From positions 24,490,001 through 24,554,000 of the forward strand of contig NC_043016.1 of the NCBI RefSeq assembly GCF_006345805.1: 64,000 nucleotides of DNA, given 5' to 3'. Below, in pieces: positions 26,975 to 39,980 of the stretch. How positions within the stretch are numbered: the stretch's first letter is position 1; each line of letters opens with the position of its first letter. The notes beneath the pieces were generated by a model that worked only from the letters and a program-made list of their open reading frames with translations, did no database searches and had not been told where the DNA came from. The stretch comes from Octopus sinensis (lineage: Eukaryota). Both the position numbers and the translations under genes were made by a program.

Positions 26975-27620
26975 TAAAATGAGATAGGGGTTGAAAAATT
27001 CAACCCACCATGGGATAACATATATCCAATATACTGCTAGATAGGTACCCAACAAGACTAATACATAGATGTTAAAAATTGCCAAGCAATTAGTTCATCT
27101 ATTATATTATATGGGCAAAGGTAATAATATTACCGTAAATTAATACTACAAAATTAGAAAATGGAGAAACATACTTAAATCAATAAAAACATCAACTATC
27201 AGATGATACCCAATCAATACTTTATTACACCATTACATATCAGTAAAGGCATTATACAAAATATAAAGTAAATATAAATAGACAAGGAAATAGAAATATA
27301 AAATATAAAATATAATATGTAATTATATCATATCTGACAGCTGTTTCGGCAGTAGGGCAGTCATACCTCAACCTGCCTTTATGGCTTATAGGTTAAATGA
27401 GGTATGACTGCCCTTACTGCCGAAACAGCTGTCAGATATGATATAATTACATATTATATTTTATATTTTATATTTCTATTTCCTTGTCTATTTATATTTA
27501 CTTTATATTTTGTATAATGCCTTTACTGATATGTAATGGTGTAATAAAGTATTGATTGGGTATCATCTGATAGTTGATGTTTTATTGATTTAAGTATGTT
27601 TCTCCATTTTCTAATTTGTT
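26975..27620 (+). mobile_element. Short AT-rich Penelope-like (pLTR-type) element containing a 220-bp-arm hairpin
   Basis: The 5' (gagataggggtt...atccaatatactgc) and 3' (atctgatagttgatg...ctccattttct) ends are shared with 31505-32035. Arms 27151-27370 and 27398-27617 are near-perfect inverted copies. Contains GCCGAAACAGCTGTC. Confidence 0.65.
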
Positions 27621-27626
27621 ATATAC

Positions 27627-27677
<51 letters not shown>

Positions 27678-27703
27678 CATATATATATTTACATATATAT
27701 ATT

Positions 27704-27742
<39 letters not shown>

Positions 27743-27814
27743 ATATATATATATATGTATATATATATATAAATATATATATATATAATATATATATATA
27801 TAAATATATATATA

Positions 27815-27862
<48 letters not shown>

Positions 27863-27870
27863 TATACATA

Positions 27871-27916
<46 letters not shown>

Positions 27917-27924
27917 TATATATA

Positions 27925-27960
<36 letters not shown>

Positions 27961-27968
27961 TATATATA

Positions 27969-28001
<33 letters not shown>

Positions 28002-28009
<8 letters not shown>

Positions 28010-28240
28010 ATATAAAAGAGTGGTCACTATGTGGCTCACCCTAGCACTAGAAATAGATCCGATAGGTTTCAACCACAAAATAAATCTTTCCCATGAAAGT
28101 AACCACGATTGTTACTGACTTTCGTGCTGACAATCGTGCTGACTTTCATGGGAAAGATTTATTTTGTGGTTGAAACCTATCGGATCTATTTCTAGTGCTA
28201 GGGTGAGCTACATAGTGACCACTCTCTTATATTTATTTTT
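28002..28240. repeat. Near-perfect hairpin, 99-bp arms
   Basis: 28002-28100 versus 28142-28240 are reverse complements with 2 mismatches; cacgattgt/acaatcgtg extends the stem inside the spacer. Confidence 0.93.
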
Positions 28241-28357
28241 GTATAAAATATTATGTTATAAAATATTATAATAATCCAGGTTTCTCGGGGCACTGGGCCA
28301 CTTGGTGTTGAATAGGTATACTATTAAATTAGTATCTAATTCTCTCACCCTTATTAA

Positions 28358-28432
<75 letters not shown>

Positions 28433-28899
28433 CATACATATATATATATATATGTAAAACCTGAGCATCAAACCGTCAATCCATTACTCATTAATTAAAG
28501 AAGTTAACATTTTCGTTAACGATTTAACTTTTAAATTAACTTTGGAAATCATTATCAAGCTAACTTCTGTTACATTTAACTTCTGTTAATTGGTTCATTC
28601 TTTAAAAATGTATCAGAAGTTATTGTAAAACCATTAACATAAAATTTTATTATAGGAAAAAAAAATTAAAAATCAGTTTTTGTTCTAAAACCACCTAAAA
28701 GTACTTTTAAAAAGTGCCAAAACTATAAAGTCAGCCTTTTTGGGCCATTTCAAGGGCTTTAGGACTCAAAAACTATAGCTTTTTTTTTGTCTTAGAGTTT
28801 AAAAAATGCTGATTTTATAGTTTTTATTTTTAAAAGACTTAAAAAAAGGTTGATTTCATAGGTTTGACCCTTTTTTTTTTTAGGGTTTTAAAGGCTTTT

Positions 28900-29210
28900 A
28901 GAGCCAGAAGAGGGTAAAAGGTGTGCATCGTTCAAGAGGACCTACAAGGCTGCCATAACCAAGGCATTTGTCTTCTGGAATCAGCAAGACTGCAGCACTG
29001 TGGTAGCAAACAGCATCTACGCTGAGGCAGTGAGGTGGTTGGCTGTCCCCAACACAATAGGGTGGAACTCCACCTATAACTATGTGGTGGTCCTCAACAC
29101 CATCCTGGAGACTAAGAGGTCTGTTCTCCACAGTCATGACCTAGTTGAAGGTCAACAGCTTCAATGACCAGAATGTCAACTTAATGAAGGAGTATGCCAA
29201 GGTAATAAAT
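28900..29210 (+). mobile_element. hAT (Ac-like) transposase fragment
   Basis: Manual translation gives SFKRTYKAAITKAFVFWNQQDCSTVVANSIYAEAVRWLAVPNTIGWNSTYNYVV, resembling the hAT VPNxTRWNS block. It has no start codon, so it is absent from the ORF track. Confidence 0.7.
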
Positions 29211-29382
29211 TAATAATAAAATTATATTATATTATAATATATATATCATATATAATATTATATTTATTGGCTGCAGCAATCACTAGTGCTCAAGCTATTG
29301 GTAGAACCAGTATGTAAAATCCAGAACACCTAGCAGTTGCATTATTTAAGCGGAATGGTGTATATATAAGATTCCTGTACCT

Positions 29383-29416
<34 letters not shown>

Positions 29417-29419
<3 letters not shown>

Positions 29420-30150
29420 TTATCATCATCATCATCATTTAGCGTCCGCTTTCCATGCTAGCATGGGTTGCACGGTTCAACTGGGGTCTGTGAAGCCAGA
29501 AGGCTGCATCAGGCCCAGTCTGATCTGGCAGTGTTTCTACGGCTGGATGCCCTTCCTAACGCCAACCACTCCGTGAGTGTAGTGGGTGCTTTTTACGTGC
29601 CACCTGCACAGGTGCCAGATGGAGCTGGAAAACAGCCATGGATGGATGGTGATTTTTACGTGCCACCGGCATGGGGGCCAGGCGAGGCTGGCAACGGCCA
29701 CAAAAGGATGGTGCTTTTTACGTGCCACTGGCACGGAAGCCAATCGGGGCGGCGCTGACAACGGCCATGATCGGATGGTTCGCTTACTTGTCACCGGCAC
29801 TGGTATCACAGCTGCAATTTCCATTGATGTTGATCGACTTCGATTTTGGTTCTGCTTTCTGATATCTGATTTCATTTGGTTTGATTTTGATTTTGATTTT
29901 CACTTGCCTCAACGGGTCTTCACAAGTGGAGTTTTGTGTCCCAAGAAGGAAAGGTATGTATAAGTCGACTGGCTACATACCAGGTAGAGGCCACGGGTTA
30001 TGGTCTCACTAGTCTTGCCGGGTCTTCTCACGCACAGCATACTTCCATAGGTCTCGGTCTCTAGTCATTTCCTTGGTGAGACCTAAAGTTCGAAGGTCGT
30101 GCTTCACCACCTCGTCCCAGGTTTTCCTGGGTCTACCTCTTCCACAGGTT
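29417..30150 (-). mobile_element. RTE-clade LINE 3' end with (GAT)n tail
   Basis: EGTCGRGRPRKTWDEVVKHDLRTLGLTKEMTRDRDLWKYAVREKTRQ; same family as 16028-16820. Confidence 0.85.
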
Positions 30151-30206
30151 CCCTCAATGTGTGTGTGTGTGTGTGTACATATATATATATATGTACACAC
30201 ACACAC

Positions 30207-30257
<51 letters not shown>

Positions 30258-30265
30258 ACACACAC

Positions 30266-30299
<34 letters not shown>

Positions 30300-30319
30300 G
30301 TATAAATATATATCTCACA

Positions 30320-31512
30320 AAATACTGAGATTCAGCATGCCTGAGAAAATCAAAGAGTGGTTGTATGACTTCTTAAAAGTCAGAAACCAGGCTGTAGCAA
30401 CCAGTAGAGCCCTCTCCACAGAGACATTAATAGAAAGTGGATTGCCTCAAGGATCAGTATTGGGGCCACTGCCGTTCATGCTGGCTCTTTCAGACAAGCC
30501 ATCACTTACACTGACAGCCACACTTACCAGCTATGCTGACAACACAAAAGTAGTACAAGCAGTCAATGTTCCTTATAATACTAATCTTCTACAGAAAGAC
30601 CTAGATGCCATATATAAATGGGCTGTGAACAACAACATGCAGTTAAATGCAGACAAATTCCAAGCCCTCCGCTACCAGCTAATTGGTGCTCAGAAGTCAC
30701 AACAATGATACTTTGGACCAAAAAGAGTGGCAATCCTAGAATCACATATAGTGTGTGATCTTGGGATTGATATGAGCAATGATGCCTCATTTCACATGCA
30801 TGTTACCAAGTTGGTGACAGTGTGCAGATGAAAGGCTCGATGGATTCTGAGAACCTTCACAACAAAAGACCAGGAAAGTATGCTGGTTCTATGGAGGACA
30901 TTTGTTCTCAGCCATCTGGATCCCCTGCTCTCAACTGTGGTCACCCTGCAGTGTTGGTTTAATAGCAGAATTTGAGGTGGTTTAGCAATACTACATGTGG
31001 AAGACTGCATCAGTGAAACAGCTGAGCTACTTGGAGAGACTGAAAGAGTTACAACTCTATTCCCTGGAGTGAAGGCAAGAGAAGTATGCAGTAACATATG
31101 TGTGGAAGATACTGGAGGGGCTGGTACCAAACTTTGGAATTGAGAATTATACCAGACCTCGAATTGGACATCACTATATTGTTCCAAAAGTCCCAGCTGT
31201 CATGTGTAAAGTGAGGACCATGTACTGCAATAGCTTGGGATTTAAGGGCCCACAGTTATTTAACTCTTTGCCAAAACATCTGAGGGATCACCATGGAGTG
31301 GTGGTAGTTGTTTTCAAGAAACAACTTGACTTCTTGCTATCCAAGATTCCAGATGAACCAATATCAAGGCAGGAAACTCAAAAGAGGGTAGCGGTATTGA
31401 ACTCCCTCCTTCACCTAAAGCCAATCCCATAGCATTGGCCAATTAAAAGGTGATTACACTGGCAGTGCCCCAGCATGGCCACAGCCTCAGGGGTGAAACA
31501 TAAAAGTACAAA
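30320..31512 (+). mobile_element. CR1-like LINE, RT C-terminal half plus tail
   Basis: SGLPQGSVLGPLPFM...SYADNTKV...WAVNNNMQLNADKFQ (RT domains 4-7), then MWKILEGLVPNFGI...CNSLGFKGPQLFNSLP; tail cagtgccccagcatggccacag...gaaac. Confidence 0.9.
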
Positions 31513-32035
31513 GTGAGATAGGGGTTATGAGTGTAACCCACTATGGGATATCATTTATCCAATATACTGCCAGTAAAGTACCCAGAAAGGCTAATATGTA
31601 GGTGTATATACACTTATATGTATATGTATATATGTATATATGCATATTCTTGTATATGTGTACCTTCTTTAATATTCATATTTGCCTTTTATATCTTCAT
31701 TTTATATCTTTATAATTGTAATTTATAATCTCTGACGAGGCCTTGAGATATATATATATAAGTAACTCATTTTTAACTGCATATTACCTCAATACATCTG
31801 ACTAATATGGGCATAATGAGATACTCTTATCTACAGGCTGAAACAGCTGTAAGAGCTATTTTATATGTATTATTCTTATGGTATTATCTTACTTATTGAT
31901 GTATATTGTTTTATTCTGTTGGATTTGGATGTTCCTATTTAATCTAAATAATTAGTTAGTAAATTATATGAATTGGTATTATCTGGTAGTTGATGATTGA
32001 AAGAAATTTATTCCTCCATTTTCTTATTTTGTAAT
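31505..32035 (+). mobile_element. Short AT-rich Penelope-like or retrozyme-like element carrying a hammerhead motif
   Basis: Ends shared with 26975-27620; hammerhead core at 31729-31854. Confidence 0.6.
31729..31854 (+). ncRNA. Type I hammerhead ribozyme candidate with long stem II
   Basis: CTGACGA (31732-38); stem II ggcct/aggct plus agata/tatct; GAAA (31840-43); palindromic stem III ACAGCTGT; GUA cleavage triplet (31849-51); 3-bp stem I tct/aga. Confidence 0.6.
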
Positions 32036-33112
32036 ATATATATATATATATCTCACAATGTATGTGTGTGTTTGTATGGCTAGATATATGTAAATATACA
32101 CATATATATGTACATTTGTGCATGCATGTGTTTGTGTGTGTGTGTGTGTGTGTTTCATTTATTTTGATCTTTCACCGATACTATTGTTTACTTTGCCATG
32201 TCATATTAATGTTATCTCTGTATTTCTCTCTGTTCTAATGGGTTCCAGGTCATACACCAGCTCTGTTGGAAGAGTTGAGGGTGGTGGGACCATTGGTGGG
32301 TGGAAGATTGATTGATTTATTGTCATTTTCATTTATTTATTTAGTTTTATTTTGTTCGTGCTTTCAATACTTAGATTTTTTTTTTTTTTGATTTTTGTTT
32401 TATATTGGATTCAAGAAGAACCATCCCTGATATTTCTCATGCTTTTTGTTACTTTTGGATAATCTTTGGAAAAGATGGTTCCGGGGTTTAGTCACACTGT
32501 GTGGCACCTTGAACAAGTGTCTTACTACAGCCTCAGGCCAACCAAAGCCTTGTGAGTGGATTTGATAGATACTGAAAGCCCTCATATATATATGTATGTG
32601 TGTGTCTGTGCATGTGTCTGTGCATGTGTATGTGTGTGTGTGTCTGTAAGTGTGTCTGTGTATCTGTGCGTTTGTCTTCATGTCTGTGTTTGTACCTCGA
32701 CACAGCTTGACAACCGGTGTTGGTGTGTTTATGTCCCCATAACCTAGTGGGTTCTGCAAAAATAAACTGATAGATTTAACCCTAGTACTTATGCTTAAAA
32801 TAAGTCCTAGGACCCTTTAGGATGTTGCTCCAGCATGGACGCAGTCTAATGACCAAAACAAGCGAAATATAAAAGATACTAACACTCTCTCACTCACTTC
32901 TCTTTCTTCCTTTCGCTCTCTCTCTTCCTCTCTCTCTCTCTCTCCAGCTATCTCTATCACTATCTCTTTCACATACATACCTACATATGTATGCACATAT
33001 ATACATAAATGCTTGTATTGATGTATACATACAAATGAGCATGCATACACACATACATATGCAATACATACATGCAGACATACATACATTCATACATACT
33101 TACATATATTTT

Positions 33113-33555
33113 CACACCTGTTTTAGACACATACAAGCACATACTCATTCTCGACACATACAGACACATATCTGTTCTAGACACACAGAAACACACTTGT
33201 TCTAGAGATACACAAACACACATCTGTTCCAGAAAAATACAAGTACACACCTGTTCTAGACACATACAAGCACACACCTGTTATAGACACAAACAAACAG
33301 ACATCTGTTCTAGACACATACAAGCACACACCTGTTCTAGATACATACAAACACACATTTGTTCTAGACACATGCTGCACACATCTGTTCTAGACATACA
33401 TATTCACACCAGTTCTAGAGATACACAAACAGCTGTTGTAGACACATACAAATGCAGACCTGTTTTTTAATACATACAAACACACCTGTTTTAGACACAT
33501 ACAATCATACACTAGTTCTAGACACATAGAAGTACACATCTGTTCTAGACACACT
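33113..33555. repeat. Minisatellite, about 17 units of 25-27 bp (consensus approx. acacatctgttctagacacatacaagc)
   Basis: Head-to-tail degenerate units read directly; no unique spacers. Confidence 0.9.
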
Positions 33556-33574
33556 TATAAGCGACCGTGCGAAG

Positions 33575-34335
33575 TGAGGTGACAAGAATGGCTCCTTTGC
33601 ACATCACACAGTCAATTACAATAAATACGAAAAGGATAAATGCATATATGTGCCAGAAAGAAAAGAGAAACACAAAGTGTGTGTGTACAAACATGGATGT
33701 ATGCGTGAGCAATAAGTACAAAGCATTGAAAGAGTCTATAATATAATGTTAGAAGAATGTTCAGACACAAGGATGATAAATACCAGTTTGTAGTCAAGGT
33801 ACATGATAGTTGAAATGCTGTATCAAGAAGTTGCGGCAATGGTGCAGAGCTGGCGCGGTATGTGTTGTACAAAGTTGTGGCTGTAAAGCTGCTGCCTGGG
33901 TTACTTGGTACAGGAGTTCTCACAGGTTGTATATTCGCTGTTGATCCATGGTGAAATAATTCATGAAAATTGCAGTGTTATAACCAGTGTGAGTACGGAG
34001 AGAGATGTTGATGTTGAGACAAATGGTGGCGATGGAGATGGAGGTTGCCGAATGCTGTTCAACAAAGTTGGTGACTTTCCACATGGCTGCTGTTGTGTTG
34101 TTGCTGGAACTGGCTGTATCCTGTGTGGTCAGTGGCTAGACCTTAAAAGGCCTGGAACTGAATGTGAGGTTAGAATTTTATAGAGAGCAGTCAGCTCACT
34201 GGAGGTTTAGCAGAGACTGTCTCATGTGACCTTATCAGAAGGCTGTGATTGGTTGGGTTGCATATTGGCATGCAATAGAGCAAGAGACAAGTTGCACCAA
34301 TACCAACCAATCAGTGTAGTGGACACAACAGGGTC
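33575..34335 (-). mobile_element. Diverged relative of the 60.3-kb fold-back element
   Basis: Shares ccctgttgtgt, ctgattggttgg...ccaaccaatca, TATAAAA and ccttttaaggtctagccactgaccaca with 60406-60620. A degenerate TIR-like acaagaatg...acagtca lies at about 33586-33618. Confidence 0.65.
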
Positions 34336-34863
34336 CAAAAGGGCAGCCGAAGGCTAGCTGTTATCCACTACATCTGTATTTATGTATATATAACAGAGAG
34401 AGAGGAATTTCCCTCAAGCATACACTACACACTCAAACACACACCCATTCCGGACATACAAACATGCATACAACATGCACATGCACACATCTGTTCTGGT
34501 CTTTCATATGGATGCCAACAATGGAATCACTCATAAGCTAGAAAGGTCAAACAGGGTGTCTGGGAATGGCTGACATCTCTAATATAGGTAGATAGTGTCC
34601 ATTTGGGAAGATATCAATCTTACTATTTATCACCCAGGCCTACCATTATTTATAGACAAGTATATGAAATTATAGCATACACAATTCCATGTTATAAATT
34701 GTAAATATAGTTGTGTTATGTGTGTGTGCGTGTGTGTGTGTGTGCATGCATGTGTGTGTGCATGTTATGAAGCAGTGAGTTATCTAATACACATATCAAT
34801 GAAAACAAATTTTCACATTCGATGAGCTTTGTGGTAATTGATAATACTGTTATAGTCTCTCTT

Positions 34864-34902
<39 letters not shown>

Positions 34903-35304
34903 TCCCTTTCTACCACTTTCTTTCTTCCTTTCTCTCTCTCTCTTTTTCTCCAGCTATCTCTATCACTATCTCTCTCTCTTACATACATACCTACATATGT
35001 ATACACATATATACATAAATGCTTGTATTGATCTATACATACAAATGAGCATACATACAAACATACATATGCAATACAAACACAAACACACACATACATA
35101 CATACATACATACATACATACATACATACATACATAGTAATAATAGACATTCAATGTATCATTCACAATGCTAATCTGTTTACTTCTCAGTACACTTATA
35201 TGTGCAAACGTCAGTGTAATATTTATTATATAACAAGATTATGAAACAGCTGTAAAGAAATGGAATAAACATCTATTCTTTCACCTCTCTTCTCTTGTCT
35301 GTTC

Positions 35305-35308
35305 CATT

Positions 35309-35340
<32 letters not shown>

Positions 35341-35925
35341 TGTATGTATATGTGTGTGTTTGTGTTTGTATTGCATATGTATGTCTGTATGTATGTATGA
35401 ACGTATGTACGTATGTATGTATGTATGCAGGCATGCATGCATGTATGTATGTATGTATGTATGTATGTATGTATGCAGGCATGCATGCATGTATGTATGT
35501 ATGTATGTATGTATGTATGTATGTATGTAGGTATGTATGTAGGTATGCATGCATGTATGTATGTATGTATGTATGCAGGCATGCATGCATGTATGTATGT
35601 ATGTATGTAGGTATGTATGTATGTATGTATGCAGGCATGCATGCATGTATGTATGTATGTATGTATGTAGATATGTATGTATGTATGTATGTATGCATGC
35701 ATGCATGTATGTATGTATGCAGGCATGCATGCATGCATGTATGTATGTATGTATGTATGTAGGTATGTATGTATGTATGTATGCATGCATGCATGCATGA
35801 ATGCATGTATGTATGTATGTATGTATGTATGTATGCATGCATGCATGCATGAATGCATGCATGTATGTATGTATGTATGTATGTATGTATGTATGTATGT
35901 ATGTATGTATGTATGTATGTATGGA
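35305..35925. repeat. Compound (ATGT)n/(ATGC)n microsatellite
   Basis: Pure tetranucleotide array; the source of the 200+ aa HTYI/MYVC ORFs. Confidence 0.95.
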
Positions 35926-36780
35926 TAGATTGATGCATGCAATCATTTATGTATGTATTGACTATAACAAACAAATCAAAAAGTGACGATTGGTGCATAA
36001 TGTTAACAGTTTCAAAGAAACGTTTGGTGAAAAAGTTTACATGAATTTGTTCAGTATATAAGAAACAACAGAGATGCCAAATGTATTCAACGCATTTTTG
36101 AAAATGAGACTGTCAAAGTCTAGAAATCTCAGATATGGATTTAGGAAGTCTATTGTGTTACAATCCAATTGTAGAAAGCTAATAAAGAATCTTTGAAAAA
36201 TCTAAAATAAAAGAGATAAAACTTTGAATATAATCATGTATTTAGTGAAACAGACATATGAGAAAAGCTCTTTCCTATGAATAAGGGCATAAAATTACAG
36301 GAGGAGGAGGAGGAGGAGGAGGAAAAGAAGGTGGTGGTAGGGGGGAGGGTTAGAGGGAAAGCTGATTCTGCATGACAAGCAAAGCAGCCAACATTTCAGA
36401 CATGTTAGTTCCAATGCACTTCAACAGAATTTGTATAGCATTCGATAGGATGCATTGTGATGTTTGCTCCAGTTCTGTGTGCTCTGGGTTCAAATCACCA
36501 GCACCAATTTTACTTTTCATCTTGCCTTTCAATGAATAATAATAGTACCAGTTCACTACTGTTGCTACCCTCCTTCTCACTCTCCTTTTATTCACAAGTC
36601 AAATCCTGGATGTTCTGCTGGATCAAAGAGCAGTGGTAGTGGTGGTGGTGTGGGGAGTGGTGACTGAGAAGGGTTATATGTGTTTGCTCATATGTACATA
36701 AGCACTGAAAGCAATTAGTGAAAGTATGATGCATTCTGGTACTAGGTTAGACCTGAATGAAAGGGAAGTTGTATATTATG

Positions 36781-36832
<52 letters not shown>

Positions 36833-37035
36833 CTTGACAACTGATGTTGTGTTGTTTACATCCCATAACTTAGCGGTTCAGCAAAAGTGAAAAATAGAAT
36901 AAGTACTAGGCTAACAAAGAATAAGTCCTGAGATCGAGTTGTTCAACTAAAGGCAGTGCCTTCAGCATGGCCACAGTCAAATGACTGAAACAAAAAAATG
37001 GATAAAAGAATATATATATATAAATATATATATCT

Positions 37036-37072
<37 letters not shown>

Positions 37073-37130
37073 GCATATATACATATATATATATTTACAT
37101 ATGTATATACATATATACATGTATGTATAC

Positions 37131-37172
<42 letters not shown>

Positions 37173-37206
37173 GAGAGAGAGATTTATATATAGATAGATA
37201 GATACA

Positions 37207-37237
<31 letters not shown>

Positions 37238-37589
37238 TCTTTCATATTGAAGAAGATTAAGTATTAGATGCATTGTTTGTTTTTTCTTTACTTGTCTCTG
37301 GAAATAATCATCATCATCACCTTACTGTATTATTGTCATCATAACTGTTCTCACTGTTTGCCATCATCATTGTCATCATCATCATTATCATCACCATCAT
37401 CATGCTCGTGATAATTATTTTCATCATCACCACTGTTATTGCTGCCATCGTTAACACCACCACCACCACCACCATCAACACCACTACCACTAGCCTCCGC
37501 TTCCTTGTTGTCATCATCATCATTACTATCATCATCATCATCACCACCACCGCCACCGCCACCGTCATCATCGTCGTCGTCGTCATCGA

Positions 37590-37639
<50 letters not shown>

Positions 37640-38897
37640 GTGTTTCATTTCAAAAACACTTTTCCATGCTGGTATGAGTTGGTGGTCCTTTCTGATGCCT
37701 CTGCTTGTTGCCGACCCTTTTTTTGTCACCCGTTACAATACAACTTGCTGAGATACAGTGTATCAATTCCCAAAATCAGGGAGACACACAAAGTATTGCC
37801 TCCATTGCTGCTACAACTCAACTTGCTGTAATATGGACATTTTGTTTTTCCTACAAAAATTTATTCACAAGACCTGACCTTCATCTGAAATATGTAGGTT
37901 AAGTTTTCACACACAAACGACAAAAAAGTTATAAAATGTAAATGTAAAACAAAATTATAAAATGTTTTTTTTTTTAACAAAATTTTAAAAACTCTTTTAT
38001 CCTTCAAATTGCCCTTCCAAATTATTTATCAGGCACCTTTTCATTACATATTGTCAATTGATGTTTTTTTATAATACTTGTATCATGCATGTCTTAATCT
38101 AATTTTCTCTACAGCATTTAAGTCTTCCCTTCTGTTCGTACAACTGACACAGTCATAGGACAACACATGCAATGAGAGAGGGAGAGAGAAAGAGAGAGAG
38201 AGAGAGTGATAGAAATACAAACAGATTCTCTCTTTCTCTCTCTCCCTCTCTTTCACACACACACACACACACATACACACACAGCAGACATATGTGATGC
38301 TCTGCTGCATACTGCATGTGGATGTCTTTGTTGTGTGCATGTGTGTATGTATAAATACACACACAAATGCACACACACATGCACACACACACACACAATC
38401 ACACACACAAACACACACACAGATATATATGTATATCTATTTAGATGTATCTATTTATCCATCTATCTACCTTCATATATTTCTCTGTGTGTGCTGTGTG
38501 TGTGTGTGTGTGGATATATATATATATTTGCATGTTTATATGTGTGTGTCTATGTATGCATATGCGTATATGTATGTGTTTATGCATATGTATACATATA
38601 CATATATGTATATATGTGTATATATGTATGTGTGTGTGTGTGTATGTATATATATATATATATAAATATATATATATTTAGAGAGAGAGTGAGAGAGAAA
38701 GAGAGAGAGTGAGAGAGAAAGAGAAAGAGTGAGAGAGAAAGAGAGAGAGAGAGTGAGAGAGAAAGAGAGAGGGAGAAAGATACACACACACATACACATA
38801 TGTGTATATATACACTTACATATGCACATATATAAACATGAAAATATACATACATACTTTTCTGTCTCTTGTTAATTTATTCATGTGTGTGTGTGTT

Positions 38898-38933
<36 letters not shown>

Positions 38934-39062
38934 TGCATGTGCATATGTATATATGTATGTGTATACCCACATGCTAACACATACACACACACACAAACAC
39001 ACACACACACACACACAAACACACACATATATATAGTGAGTTGAAAAACTTCAATTAACATA

Positions 39063-39490
39063 TGCGCAGGTGTGGCTGTGCAGTAAGAATCTTACTTCCC
39101 AACCACATGGTTCCAAGTTCAGTCCCACTACACGGTACATTGGGCAGATGTCTTCTACTATAGCTTCAGGCATACCAAAGTTTTGTGAGTGGATTTAGTA
39201 CATGGAAACTGAAAGAAGCCCATTGTATATATGTATATATATACATATGTGTGTGTCTCTTTGTGTGTATGTGTTTTTCGCCACCCCACCACAACTTGAC
39301 AACCATTATCATCCAGTGTTGGTGTGTTTATGTCTCTGTAAGATAGTGACTCAGCAAAAGAGATCAATAGAATAAGAACCAATACTTTGAAATAAAATTA
39401 GTACTTGGGTCGATACATTCAACTAAAAATTCCTCTAGGTGGTGTATGGCCACAGTCTACCGACTAAAAGTAGTAAAAGATAAAAGATAA
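39063..39490 (+). mobile_element. tRNA-derived SINE, full length, diverged
   Basis: gcgcaggtgtggctgtgcagtaagaatc head to gtaaaagataaaagata tail. Confidence 0.78.
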
Positions 39491-39921
39491 CTGATTAAAT
39501 TATCATTGCAATTAAAATTTTAAAGTAACAGTCAAGGGAGGTAACTCCAGTAGTATCAATTAATCCAATAGTTTTGAAAATAAAAACAAAATTAGGAGTG
39601 GGTGTTGTCTTTAAAAGTCAACTTGTAAAAGCAACATTTGTTTTACAATTTTTGGATGTCATGAGTGAAGTATAATGTGTGTGTGTGTGTGTGTAGACAC
39701 ACACACATATATATATATATATACATATACTTTTCCTGACTTTTAATTAACCTTTACATCAATTAAAATATTTTAAAATGATCTAAGCTTGTCCTGCCTT
39801 GGTTTTGTTTCACTCTTCCTTTAATATATGTATATACATGTATATATAACACATATACACACACAAATTTACATATATATATGCATATATGTGTATATAT
39901 ACGTGTATGAATGTGTATGTG

Positions 39922-39978
<57 letters not shown>

Positions 39979-39980
39979 TA

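Noticed and set aside
33113-33555. CRISPR-like periodicity (about 26 bp)
   Set aside because: The units are contiguous degenerate copies with no unique spacers, no cas genes, and a eukaryotic context; it is a minisatellite.
36350-36595. 81-aa minus-strand ORF with protein-like composition
   Set aside because: Most of it is the antisense of a SINE fragment (gttctgtgtgctctgggttcaaatcacc...ttgcctttca...agtaccagtt).
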